Shown here one piece after another: positions 11,256 to 20,236 of a DNA stretch of 64,000 nt. Below the pieces are notes generated by a model, which had not been told where the DNA came from, searched no databases, and saw nothing but the letters and a program-made list of their open reading frames with translations. Both the position numbers and the translations under genes were made by a program. Each line of letters opens with the position of its first letter. The first letter of the stretch is position 1. The stretch comes from an uncultured Clostridia bacterium (GTDB lineage: Bacteria > Bacillota > Clostridia > TANB77 > CAG-508), in contig CALXFH010000008.1 of assembly GCA_944387555.1 (NCBI GenBank), positions 357 through 64,356 of the forward strand. Reading direction: 5' to 3'.

Positions 11256-11308
11256 TACTTATGCGTACATAAGTAAAAGACTAGGTGGTGAAGACCTAGT
11301 CTTTTTTG
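11256..11308 (+). terminator. two tandem hairpins after the small ORF, the second a bidirectional intrinsic terminator
   Basis: tacttatg-cgta-cataagta at 11256-11275. agactaggt-ggtgaag-acctagtct at 11278-11302, followed by T6 and preceded by an A-run. Confidence 0.65.
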
Positions 11309-11378
11309 TTCATTTTTACGAACTCAAACCAATTTTATGTTGAATAGAAAGTAGATTTTAAATCTATATCTTATTCAT
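11272..11378 (-). ncRNA. candidate ~100-nt convergent small RNA (putative antitoxin RNA)
   Basis: Inferred from the minus-strand promoter at 11385-11413 and the shared terminator. Contains the internal palindrome tagattttaaatcta. No ORF longer than 4 codons. Confidence 0.3.
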
Positions 11379-11384
11379 ACATAT

Positions 11385-11413
11385 ATATTACTACAAATTT
11401 CCTATTATGTCAA
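11385..11413 (-). promoter_or_regulatory. near-consensus minus-strand sigma-A promoter facing the small ORF
   Basis: Minus strand reads TTGACA, 17 nt, TAATAT. Confidence 0.5.
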
Positions 11414-11545
11414 ATATTTTCAATATGCTTTAAAACTATTTTTTTAATAATGGTTTATTTTTCTAAGCTTTTGTAGTAAAATATTATAGAAGAAAATTTT
11501 AATTAAAATTTCTTTATTAAATTTATACCTTTAGGAGGTATCACT

Positions 11546-12541
11546 ATGAAAAAATATAAAGTTGCCATTGTCGGCGCAACAGGACTTGTTGGTAGGTCCT
11601 TTATAAAAGTTTTAGAAGAAAAAAATTTACCAATTGAAAGCTATTCTTTATTTGCAAGCAAAAGATCAGCAGGGACAAAACTTTCTCTTTTAGGTAAAGA
11701 GTATGAGGTCCAAGAATTAACTGAGCATTCTTTTGATTCTGGATTTGACTATGCACTATTTTCAGCAGGTGGAGATGTTTCTAAAAAATATGCTCCAATT
11801 GCAGCATCAAAAGGCTGTATTGTTATTGATAACAGTAGTTATTTTAGAATGCATGAAGATGTACCTTTAGTAGTTCCAGAAGTAAATTTTGAAGATACTT
11901 ATAACAATAAAGGTATTATCGCTAACCCAAACTGTTCTACTATTCAAGCAATGCTTCCACTTAAAGCTTTAGATGACAAATATGGAATTAAAAGAGTAGT
12001 TTATTCTACTTATCAAGCAGTTTCTGGTGCTGGTAAAAGTGCTTTAGATGATTTAGCAAATATGGATAACAGTAAACCATTAAAGAAATTTCCTCATCCA
12101 ATATTTAATAACTGCTTACCTCATATTGACTCATTTTTAGATAACGGATACACAAAAGAGGAAATGAAAATGATAAATGAAACAAGAAAGATTTTACATC
12201 ATCCAGATTTAAGAGTTACAGCAACTACAGTTAGGGTTCCTGTTTCAAACTCTCATTCTGAATCTATTAATGTAGAATTAGAAAAAGATTTTGAGATGGA
12301 TGATTTAGTAAATACTTTAAGAAACTTTCCAAATATAATTATTGTAGACAATCCTGAAAAGAACGAATACCCTATGCCAATAAATGCAACAGGTCATGAT
12401 GAAGTTTTTGTTGGAAGAATTCGTCGTGACGATAGTGTAAAATCTGGCGTAAACTTATGGGTTGTTGCAGACAACATTAGAAAAGGGGCTGCTAGCAATG
12501 CAGTTCAAATACTTGAAAGATTAATACAAGAACAAATATAA
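11546..12541 (+). CDS. asd: aspartate-semialdehyde dehydrogenase
   Basis: 331 aa, VGATGLVG NAD fold, active-site NPNCSTI. Confidence 0.95.
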   Translation: MKKYKVAIVGATGLVGRSFIKVLEEKNLPIESYSLFASKRSAGTKLSLLGKEYEVQELTEHSFDSGFDYALFSAGGDVSKKYAPIAASKGCIVIDNSSYFRMHEDVPLVVPEVNFEDTYNNKGIIANPNCSTIQAMLPLKALDDKYGIKRVVYSTYQAVSGAGKSALDDLANMDNSKPLKKFPHPIFNNCLPHIDSFLDNGYTKEEMKMINETRKILHHPDLRVTATTVRVPVSNSHSESINVELEKDFEMDDLVNTLRNFPNIIIVDNPEKNEYPMPINATGHDEVFVGRIRRDDSVKSGVNLWVVADNIRKGAASNAVQILERLIQEQI

Positions 12542-12545
12542 ACAT

Positions 12546-12575
12546 AAATGACTAGGAATTTAATCCTAGTCATTT
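12546..12575. terminator. bidirectional terminator between convergent asd and dapB
   Basis: aaatgactagga / tcctagtcattt form a perfect 12-bp stem with a 6-nt loop. Confidence 0.8.
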
Positions 12576-12580
12576 ATATT

Positions 12581-13327
12581 TTATTTAACAATATCATTCA
12601 TGTCATATAAACCTTTATCTTGCTTTACAATAAATTCTGCAGCTTTTAAAGCTCCTTCTGCAAAAACTTGTCTTGAATAAGCTTTATGTGTTATTTCTAA
12701 TTCTTCATTATCGCCAAAGAACTTAACGCTATGTTCTCCTACAATATTTCCACCTCTAATAGATGAAAACCCAATTTCATTTTTCTTTCTTGCCTCTCTT
12801 TTTTGCATTCTATCAAATGTATAAGTTTTCTTTTCTTTTAATACATCATTGATAGCATTAGCTAAAAGAATTGCTGTTCCACTTGGTGCATCTATTTTTC
12901 TATTATGATGTGTTTCTACTATTTCTATATCTGTATTTGTTAAAACCTTAGCAACCTCTTGTACGATTTTTGCCATTAAGTTTATATCTAAAGACATATT
13001 AGAACTTCTAAATATAGGAATTTCTTTTGAAAATTCTTCTATTTGTTCTATTTCATCTTTAGTAAATCCAGTTGTTGCAATTACAATTGGAACTTTATTA
13101 TTTACTGCATATTTTAAGATCTTAAAAGTTGCAACTGGTACTGAAAAGTCTATTATAACATCTACTTTTTCTTTAATATCTTCTATATCAGAATAAATAG
13201 GAAATCCTTTATCGTTGTTTTGGACTCTATCAACTCCGCAAACAACATTAAAATCTTCCATAGTATTTATAAGACTCAAAAGCTCATTTCCCATTTTTCC
13301 ATCTGCACCATTTATTAATACATTCAT
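12581..13327 (-). CDS. dapB: 4-hydroxy-tetrahydrodipicolinate reductase
   Basis: 248 aa, DapB-like (INGADGKMG..., EIVETHHNRKIDAPSGTA). Confidence 0.95.
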   Translation of the reverse strand: MNVLINGADGKMGNELLSLINTMEDFNVVCGVDRVQNNDKGFPIYSDIEDIKEKVDVIIDFSVPVATFKILKYAVNNKVPIVIATTGFTKDEIEQIEEFSKEIPIFRSSNMSLDINLMAKIVQEVAKVLTNTDIEIVETHHNRKIDAPSGTAILLANAINDVLKEKKTYTFDRMQKREARKKNEIGFSSIRGGNIVGEHSVKFFGDNEELEITHKAYSRQVFAEGALKAAEFIVKQDKGLYDMNDIVK

Positions 13328-13361
13328 CTTTTTCTCCTTATTCTATTTTTGTTTTAACTTT

Positions 13362-14246
13362 TTATATCAAATTATGTTTTTTCATAACTTCTTTCATTTT
13401 TTCTTTATTGCTATCAGATAACTCAATTAATGGTAATCTTGGCTTTCCAAAATTATATCCCATTAAGTTTAATGCATATTTAACTGGTATTGGATTTACT
13501 TCTGCAAATAATGCATCTATTAAATCAATTACATCTAATTGCATTTTAGTTGCTTCTTCAATTTCACCATTAAAATATTTATAAGTCATTCTATGTGTAT
13601 ATTCTGGCATAACATTTGCTAAAACTGATATAACGCCTTTTCCTCCTAATGATAAAACTGGAATAATTTGGTCATCATTTCCTGAATATATATCCAAATT
13701 GTCTCCACATAAAGAAGCTATTTTTGCTACTTGTGATATATTTCCACTAGCTTCCTTAATTGCTACTATATTATCTATTTTAGATAATTCTAAGCAAGTT
13801 TCAGGTAAAATATTTACACCTGTTCTACTAGCTACGCTATACATTATAATAGGTAAGCTTACAGAACTTGCAATTGCTTTGTAATGTTCAACTAAACCTT
13901 TTTGTGTTGTTTTATTATAATAAGGTGTTACAACAAGTAGCGCATCTGCACCTACTTCTTCTGCATATTTTGACATCTCAATTGCTGATTTTGTATTATT
14001 ACTTCCAGTTCCTACAACTACTTTAGTTCTTTTTGCAATCTTATCAATTGCAAATTTTATTGTATCTTTCTTTTCTTTCTCAGACATTGTAGCTGACTCT
14101 CCAGTAGTACCACAAACAATAATTGCATCTACTCCGGCTTTAATTTGGTCCTCTAATAATTTTCCAAACTCCTCAAAATTTACTCCATCTTCTGTAAATG
14201 GTGTTGCAATAGCTGTTCCACATCCTTTAAAAATAGTCTCTTTCAT
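13362..14246 (-). CDS. dapA: 4-hydroxy-tetrahydrodipicolinate synthase
   Basis: 294 aa, GTTGESATMS motif, DapA-like throughout. Confidence 0.95.
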   Translation of the reverse strand: MKETIFKGCGTAIATPFTEDGVNFEEFGKLLEDQIKAGVDAIIVCGTTGESATMSEKEKKDTIKFAIDKIAKRTKVVVGTGSNNTKSAIEMSKYAEEVGADALLVVTPYYNKTTQKGLVEHYKAIASSVSLPIIMYSVASRTGVNILPETCLELSKIDNIVAIKEASGNISQVAKIASLCGDNLDIYSGNDDQIIPVLSLGGKGVISVLANVMPEYTHRMTYKYFNGEIEEATKMQLDVIDLIDALFAEVNPIPVKYALNLMGYNFGKPRLPLIELSDSNKEKMKEVMKKHNLI

Positions 14247-14249
14247 AAG

Positions 14250-15440
14250 CTATCTCTCCTTCCTAATTAATTTTTTATGTAATGCATCCATTGTTTCTAA
14301 GTCAATATCATCTACTACAATCTCTATCTTTGATTGTGTTAGACTAATTTTTATTACTTCTACATTATATTCTTTAAGTATGTCCATTGTTTGATTTAAT
14401 ATCACATTATCTTGTGTTATAGCATATCCAACAATAGTTAATTTAACAAAATCCTCTAATTCTATTTCATATTGTGTAAATTTACTATCTAATAATTTTT
14501 GTACTTTATTTAGTTCCGCTTTCTTTATCCTAAATTTAAACGAGTCACTATCTCTTTCAAACCACTCAACTATTATATTTTGTTGTAATAAAGCATTGTA
14601 AATAATATAACCTTCAGCATTTGTTACACCTGATTTTTTATTCATTATAACTGTAATTAATCCATCATTTTTAACAATACTTTTTACATCTCTAGTTTCT
14701 ATTCCTTTGCAAACTCTGGTTCCACCTTCGTCCGTAAAAGTAGATTTTGCAATTATATCATTTCCAAATTTCTTTCCAATTTGTATACATCTATTATGTA
14801 ATACTTTAGCTCCTGCATCTGCAATTTCTTGCATTTCATCAAAAGAGATTTCATCTAGTCTTTTTGCCATAGTTACCATATTAGGGTCTGCTGAATATAT
14901 TCCATCTACATCTGAAAAGATATAACATTTATCTGCTTTTAATGCTGCTTGCAAAGCTACTGCTGTTGTATCTGAGCCACCCCTTCCAAGTGTTGTAATA
15001 TCATTTCTACTATTTAGTCCTTGGAATCCTGCAACTATTACAATTTTTCCTCTTTTTAATTCTTCTTCTATTCTACTTATATAAATTTCTTTAATCTTAG
15101 CACTTCCATAAACTAGGTTTGTTTTTATTCCTGCTTGCCATCCAGTTAAAGATATCGCTGGATGCCCCATTCTATTTAATAAAATACTAAGTTTAGAAAT
15201 AGTTACTTGTTCTCCTGTAGATAAGAGCATATCCAATTCTCTTTCATTTGGCACAGCTGATAATTCTTGTGCTTCTTTTATTAATCTGTCTGTTGTCTTT
15301 CCTTGTGCTGATACTACTACTACTATGTTTTTTGCTTCTTTTTTTAAGCTAATGATTTTTTGTGCAACAACATTTAATTTTATGTTATCTGCAACTGAAC
15401 TTCCTCCAAATTTTACTACTATTGTGTTCATTTTTGTCAC
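14250..15440 (-). CDS. lysC: aspartate kinase
   Basis: VVKFGGSSV kinase N-terminus with a C-terminal ACT-like region. The start could be GTG 15440 or ATG 15431. Confidence 0.92.
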   Translation of the reverse strand: MTKMNTIVVKFGGSSVADNIKLNVVAQKIISLKKEAKNIVVVVSAQGKTTDRLIKEAQELSAVPNERELDMLLSTGEQVTISKLSILLNRMGHPAISLTGWQAGIKTNLVYGSAKIKEIYISRIEEELKRGKIVIVAGFQGLNSRNDITTLGRGGSDTTAVALQAALKADKCYIFSDVDGIYSADPNMVTMAKRLDEISFDEMQEIADAGAKVLHNRCIQIGKKFGNDIIAKSTFTDEGGTRVCKGIETRDVKSIVKNDGLITVIMNKKSGVTNAEGYIIYNALLQQNIIVEWFERDSDSFKFRIKKAELNKVQKLLDSKFTQYEIELEDFVKLTIVGYAITQDNVILNQTMDILKEYNVEVIKISLTQSKIEIVVDDIDLETMDALHKKLIRKER

Positions 15441-15601
15441 AACCTTTATTAATTTACCAAGCTCTATCTAAGTCTAGATACTGCTTTCTTCACGTCGTTA
15501 TTATATTACATATTTACTAATTTTACAAGTAATAGCACAATTAAAATTCACAAACACACAACAAAAGCCCCTAAAAACATTTAAGGACTTCTATTTTTCT
15601 T

Positions 15602-15766
15602 TTATATCCAAACCAGTTTTTTTTTACCTGATTTTAGTTCCTTATAATACTCAGCAATAAGCTCATCCAATTCAATACTTAGTTTATAAGTCACACTATA
15701 ATCATCACCTTGTTCAATACTTTTATTTAATTTATCTCTTAATTTACAAATTTCATCATTTAACAT
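15602..15766 (-). CDS. Spo0E-family sporulation regulatory phosphatase-like small protein (54 aa)
   Basis: MLNDEICKLRDKLNK...LSIELDELIAEYY matches the Spo0E signature (S-x-E-L-D-x-L-I). An AAGGAG SD precedes the ATG. Below the ORF-track cut-off. Confidence 0.6.
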   Translation of the reverse strand: MLNDEICKLRDKLNKSIEQGDDYSVTYKLSIELDELIAEYYKELKSGKKKLVWI

Positions 15767-15904
15767 ATATATCTCTCCTTTTTCATTTATTATCTTTTGT
15801 ATATTTATAAATTACCACATAAAATTTCTCAAGTCAAGTATTTTCAACGCTTTTTAGCAACTTTCGTACGTCAAAAAAATACATATTTCGACAAATAAAA
15901 ACAT

Positions 15905-15949
15905 AAAAAAACGGTATTATAATTTTTGTTTTACAAATACCGTTTTTTA
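15905..15949 (-). terminator. intrinsic terminator after the M16 peptidase pair
   Basis: acggtatt / aataccgt stem flanked by A6 and T6. Confidence 0.65.
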
Positions 15950-15972
15950 AACAATTTTTTATTTGACTTTTT

Positions 15973-17256
15973 TTATCCATTTTCCACAATAGAAAGCACC
16001 ATTTTATCTTCTTTAAATACATCTTTTAACACTTGATTTAAATATTCTACATTTATTCCTTCAATTTCTTCTAAATAGTCAAAACTACAAATTCCTTTAA
16101 AATAATCTGATAAAAACATTCTAGCAATATCTTGTACATCATTATATTCTTTTACATAGCTTCCATATATCATTTTCTTAAGTCTTTCAAAATCTTCTTT
16201 GTTAATACCATTATTCTTTAATTCTTCTACTCTTTCTTTAAATGCCTTATATACTTCTCTTGGGTTGCTTGACATACCAGTAATTAAAACATGTGCATAA
16301 TTTTTACCAAACTCATAATCTAGACTTGGTTCTCCATATATAATTCCGTCCTTGTATAGTGCTTGATATAGTTTTGAACTTCTACCAAATATAAGATTTA
16401 ATAATATTTCCATACTAAGCGCTTTTTTAACTGTTTCGCTCTTACTTTGGTTTTCTTTTCTTACATCTTTTATGCCTATTGTATAGATTGGGTTACTTAC
16501 CTCTAATTTTTGAACTATTTCTGGTTTTACAATGCTCTCTTCCTCATCTGGATAAATTCTTTTTATTTCTCCACTTGGTTTGTTCTCAACCAATCTCTTT
16601 TTTACTTCTTCTAAAATATCTTCTGGTTTAAAATCTCCTGATATTACAATTGCCATATTAGATGGATGATAAAATGTATTGTAACATTTATATAATATAT
16701 CTTTATCAATCTTACTTATTGTTTCTATAGTTCCTGTTATATCTATTTTTATAGGATTTTCGTGGTACATTGCGGTTAATGTATTGAAATATACTCTCCA
16801 ATCTGGATAATCATCATACATTCTTATTTCTTGTCCAATAATACCTTTTTCCTTTTCTACATTTTCATCTGTAAAATATGGATGTTGTACATAATCCATT
16901 AATTCATCCATAGCCTCATAAAAATTATCTGTACATTCAAATAAATAAGCCGTATGGTCATTTGTTGTATATGCATTTGCATTTACTCCTAATGCGGTTA
17001 AAGTATCTAGACTATTTGTCCCATCTTCTTGTTCAAATAATTTATGCTCTAAAAAGTGTGCAACTCCATTTGGTACTTCTGTAACCTCCTGTTCGCCTGG
17101 TACTATAAATTTATTGTCATTTGAGCCATAATTTGTTCCCCAAATCATATATTTCTTTTTCATACCTGGTTTTGGAATTATCATTACAGTTAAACCATTG
17201 GCAAATTTTTCTATATACAATTTTTCCTTAACTTTTAAGTTTTCTATTATTTGCAT
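15973..17256 (-). CDS. M16-family zinc peptidase (catalytic subunit)
   Basis: 427 aa with the inverted zinc motif HFLEH. Confidence 0.9.
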   Translation of the reverse strand: MQIIENLKVKEKLYIEKFANGLTVMIIPKPGMKKKYMIWGTNYGSNDNKFIVPGEQEVTEVPNGVAHFLEHKLFEQEDGTNSLDTLTALGVNANAYTTNDHTAYLFECTDNFYEAMDELMDYVQHPYFTDENVEKEKGIIGQEIRMYDDYPDWRVYFNTLTAMYHENPIKIDITGTIETISKIDKDILYKCYNTFYHPSNMAIVISGDFKPEDILEEVKKRLVENKPSGEIKRIYPDEEESIVKPEIVQKLEVSNPIYTIGIKDVRKENQSKSETVKKALSMEILLNLIFGRSSKLYQALYKDGIIYGEPSLDYEFGKNYAHVLITGMSSNPREVYKAFKERVEELKNNGINKEDFERLKKMIYGSYVKEYNDVQDIARMFLSDYFKGICSFDYLEEIEGINVEYLNQVLKDVFKEDKMVLSIVENG

Positions 17257-17279
17257 TAAATTTTTTCTCCTTTCTTTAA

Positions 17280-18548
17280 TTAATCTTTTAAAAAGTAAAT
17301 AGTATTTATCTGTACTTTATTTGCAATATCTACAATATTTTCTTTCGTTATATTTTCTATTTTCTTAATATAATCTTCTTCAGAAACATTTGAGCCTGAT
17401 AGCTCTTGTCCAAAATAATATGTTATTCCTGTATCTTGTTCATCATCTATTGTATTTATTGCTGCTATTATTCCTTTTTTGCTATTTTCTATATCTTCTT
17501 CGCTAAAATTACCTTTTTTCATGTCTTCAATTTGCTGTTTTATTACCTCTAATGCTTTATCATAATTTGATATTTCTATACCACTATTAATAAATATAAT
17601 ACTTTTAAATCTATAATAACTAGAAGATGCAACATATGCTAAATGTGCTTTTTCTCTTACATTTTGGAATAGTTTAGAATTTGCTGAGCCTCCTAAAATG
17701 CTGTTATACATTAAGGTTGTATATTTTTCCTCATCATTATCTATATTTACATTTAAGCCTATTACTAACTTTCCTTGTGATACATCCATTGACTTTGTAA
17801 CCACATTTTCTTTTACTTCCTTCTTTTCTGGAATTTTAGGCATTTCAAAATTAGGTTCTCTTTCCTGTAACTTCTTTATATTCTCATTTTCTTCTATAAT
17901 TTTTTCTACATCGTCACTTAAATTGCCTGATAAGAAAATATCTATTTTACAAGAATTTATTAATTCATTATAGTATTTATATAAATCTTTTTCATTTATA
18001 CTTTCTAAATCTTCCTCATACCCAAATTTATATAATCCATAAGGCTCATTTTTAAACATTTCCTCAATAGCTCTTTCTAATGAATATCTTGCTTTATTAT
18101 CTATTTTTCCTTCAATACGTTGTTTTATATTATTTTTTTCTTGTTCTAAATACTCCTTTTTAAAACCTTCATTCTCTACATAAGGATTAAATACTATGTC
18201 TAATAAACTTTCTATTACTGTTTTTAATATATTCTCATTATGTTCAGGTATATATTTATCATTTATTCCTTCTATATAAAATTTTAACACTTGATTATCT
18301 CCTGTTTTATCAAGACCACAATCAAAACTTGCACCATATAATTCTTCCATTTTCTTACTTATTTCTTCTTGAGTTTTCATAGTTTTGCTTCCTCTTCTTA
18401 GAAGCATTGATATTAATGCGTTTTTAGTTACATTCTCTCTATTCAATTTTGTTGTCAAAAATATAGCAAATAAATTTGTTTTAAATTTATCAGTATTTAG
18501 AGTATGGAATTTTATCCCCTTTTTTATTTCTTTTATTTCATGTTCCAT
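17280..18548 (-). CDS. M16-family peptidase-like protein lacking HxxEH (non-catalytic partner)
   Basis: 422 aa, M16 fold-like, no HxxEH motif. Adjacent to and co-oriented with the catalytic paralog. Confidence 0.8.
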   Translation of the reverse strand: MEHEIKEIKKGIKFHTLNTDKFKTNLFAIFLTTKLNRENVTKNALISMLLRRGSKTMKTQEEISKKMEELYGASFDCGLDKTGDNQVLKFYIEGINDKYIPEHNENILKTVIESLLDIVFNPYVENEGFKKEYLEQEKNNIKQRIEGKIDNKARYSLERAIEEMFKNEPYGLYKFGYEEDLESINEKDLYKYYNELINSCKIDIFLSGNLSDDVEKIIEENENIKKLQEREPNFEMPKIPEKKEVKENVVTKSMDVSQGKLVIGLNVNIDNDEEKYTTLMYNSILGGSANSKLFQNVREKAHLAYVASSSYYRFKSIIFINSGIEISNYDKALEVIKQQIEDMKKGNFSEEDIENSKKGIIAAINTIDDEQDTGITYYFGQELSGSNVSEEDYIKKIENITKENIVDIANKVQINTIYFLKD

Positions 18549-18628
18549 TAAAATTCCTCCTTTTCGTATTTATTATATACAAAATACTTACTTTTTAATT
18601 ATTTTTATCAATTTTTTCGAAAAAAATT

Positions 18629-18658
18629 AGAAGTAAAGCTCAACTTTTCCTTACTTCC
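18629..18658 (-). terminator. probable terminator of rpsU
   Basis: ggaagtaagg...ctttacttct imperfect stem, followed by a T-run on the minus strand. Confidence 0.45.
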
Positions 18659-18678
18659 AATCTATGTATTATTATATA

Positions 18679-18852
18679 CTAATTAAATCTTCTTTTTCTA
18701 GCTGCTTCTGATTTTTTCTTTCTTCTTACACTAGGTTTTTCATAATGTTCTCTTTTACGTACTTCTTGAAGTACTCCATTTCTAGCACATTGTCTTTTAA
18801 ACCTTTTTAAAGCATCTTCTATATTACCATTATTAACTTTTATCTCTGACAT
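18679..18852 (-). CDS. rpsU: 30S ribosomal protein S21
   Basis: 57 aa, [57 protein letters not shown], with a GGAGGGG SD. Below the ORF-track cut-off. Confidence 0.9.
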   Translation of the reverse strand: MSEIKVNNGNIEDALKRFKRQCARNGVLQEVRKREHYEKPSVRRKKKSEAARKRRFN

Positions 18853-18916
18853 TTATATTTCCCCTCCTTCCGGTCCATACAAAAAAGTATGTGGGATAAC
18901 CCTTATAACGTTATCT

Positions 18917-18946
18917 ATTATACCTTAAATTAGCATATTTTGTCAA
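18917..18946 (-). promoter_or_regulatory. consensus sigma-A promoter of rpsU
   Basis: Minus strand reads TTGACA, 18 nt, TATAAT. Confidence 0.6.
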
Positions 18947-18949
18947 TAG

Positions 18950-19471
18950 TTATAGGTCAAAAAGAACAGTCTTATTTTCTTTTAGTGATTTTTTTACGTC
19001 TATAATCCTTTGATTGCTTGAGCCTCTAAACCTTAATTTAATATCCTTTTTATCTTCCTCAAACTTTCCATCTACTAAAACATCTATATAAGATAAAATT
19101 TCTGGTGTTTCTTCCCATTCTTTACACATTTTTTCTAAAATATCTTTTTCAAATGTATATCCAGAATAGCACCAAATATTTTTATCAGGGAATTTTTCTT
19201 TAACTTTTCTAAGGAGAGGTAATATTCCTTGTTGATTTACATGTTCTAATGGCTCACCACCAAGTAATGTTAATCCTGATATATATGGATGATCCATTAA
19301 ATCTATTATTTTATCTATTTCTTTATTAGTAAATTCATTTCCATAGTGAAAATCCCAAGCTTCTTCATTAAAACAGTTTTTACAATGATGTGTACAACCA
19401 CTTACAAATAAAGATATTCTAACCCCCAATCCATTTGCTACATCTGCTTTTTTTATATCTGCATAATACAT
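18950..19471 (-). CDS. nrdG: anaerobic ribonucleoside-triphosphate reductase activating protein
   Basis: 173 aa with radical-SAM cluster CTHHCKNC and an NrdG-like N-terminus. Confidence 0.88.
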   Translation of the reverse strand: MYYADIKKADVANGLGVRISLFVSGCTHHCKNCFNEEAWDFHYGNEFTNKEIDKIIDLMDHPYISGLTLLGGEPLEHVNQQGILPLLRKVKEKFPDKNIWCYSGYTFEKDILEKMCKEWEETPEILSYIDVLVDGKFEEDKKDIKLRFRGSSNQRIIDVKKSLKENKTVLFDL

Positions 19472-19490
19472 TTATTTCTCCTCTTTTCTT

Positions 19491-20033
19491 TTAGAATGGT
19501 ATTAAATCTCTTATAAAACTATGTGTAAATGGGATAAACCATAAAGCAACTCCAATTACAATAACTATTATAAAAGTTAACAAAGCTGCCAATTTATCTT
19601 CCTTTTGTAACTTTCTTGGAGCCCCATTTCTATCTCTCTTTCTAAAAATTTCTTTTATTAAATCAACCATTGACATAATAGTCCCAACTTTATGTGGCTT
19701 TTCTTCTTTTTCTTGATTTTTATTCTTACCTCTTCTTGGTTCTTTTTGATTAATATGATTATTGTTTTGCTCACTATAGTCATCATTTACAGTGTTTTCA
19801 CTATTAAATTGTTTTTCCTTTTCTAATTCCAAATCATATTGTTCTCTTAAAAAATCACTTGAAAGTATACGATATGCCTCATTTAATTCTCTTGTCTTAT
19901 TTTCTGCATATATTCTTTCTTCTCCATTATATAAATCTGGATGATATTTTTTTATTAATACTCTATATGCTTTTTCTATTATTTCTTTCGAAGCTTTTGG
20001 TGTTACTTCTAATAAATCATAATAATTTTTCAT
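19491..20033 (-). CDS. J-domain protein with C-terminal transmembrane segment
   Basis: YYDLLEV...KKYHPD J-domain, followed by a basic linker and a hydrophobic C-terminus. Confidence 0.8.
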   Translation of the reverse strand: MKNYYDLLEVTPKASKEIIEKAYRVLIKKYHPDLYNGEERIYAENKTRELNEAYRILSSDFLREQYDLELEKEKQFNSENTVNDDYSEQNNNHINQKEPRRGKNKNQEKEEKPHKVGTIMSMVDLIKEIFRKRDRNGAPRKLQKEDKLAALLTFIIVIVIGVALWFIPFTHSFIRDLIPF

Positions 20034-20117
20034 TTTAAACTTCTTTTCCTTCCTAATTTATTATAAAATTATTTTATAATAAATACAATAAAATATCAAT
20101 AGTAAATTAACAATTAA

Positions 20118-20233
20118 GGACGTTTCCTTTTGCACAAAAACACACAATTTGGGACACATCACATTCAAAGGTCTGTCCCAAAATGCGCAAAAATGTGCAA
20201 AAAGAAACGTCCCCGATTGTCGGAAACGTTCCC
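20118..20233. repeat. palindromic intergenic repeat, full copy B, with an extra terminal 12-mer
   Basis: GGACGTTTCCTTTTGCAC...GGGACACATC / GGTCTGTCCC...AGAAACGTCCCC, then gattgtc and GGAAACGTTCCC. It abuts the ftsH stop codon. Confidence 0.8.
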
Positions 20234-20236
20234 AAA

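Noticed and set aside
15441-15601. Lysine (L-box) riboswitch upstream of lysC-dapA-dapB or asd.
   Set aside because: The leaders are short and AT-rich, with none of the conserved L-box GC-rich helices or motifs.
15887-15893. Spo0A boxes (TTCGACA) upstream of the Spo0E-like gene. Another lies at 24537-24543, and near-matches lie near 48270.
   Set aside because: By my rough estimate, assuming about 28% G+C, several such heptamers are expected by chance in 64 kb on both strands. No clustered arrangement is seen.
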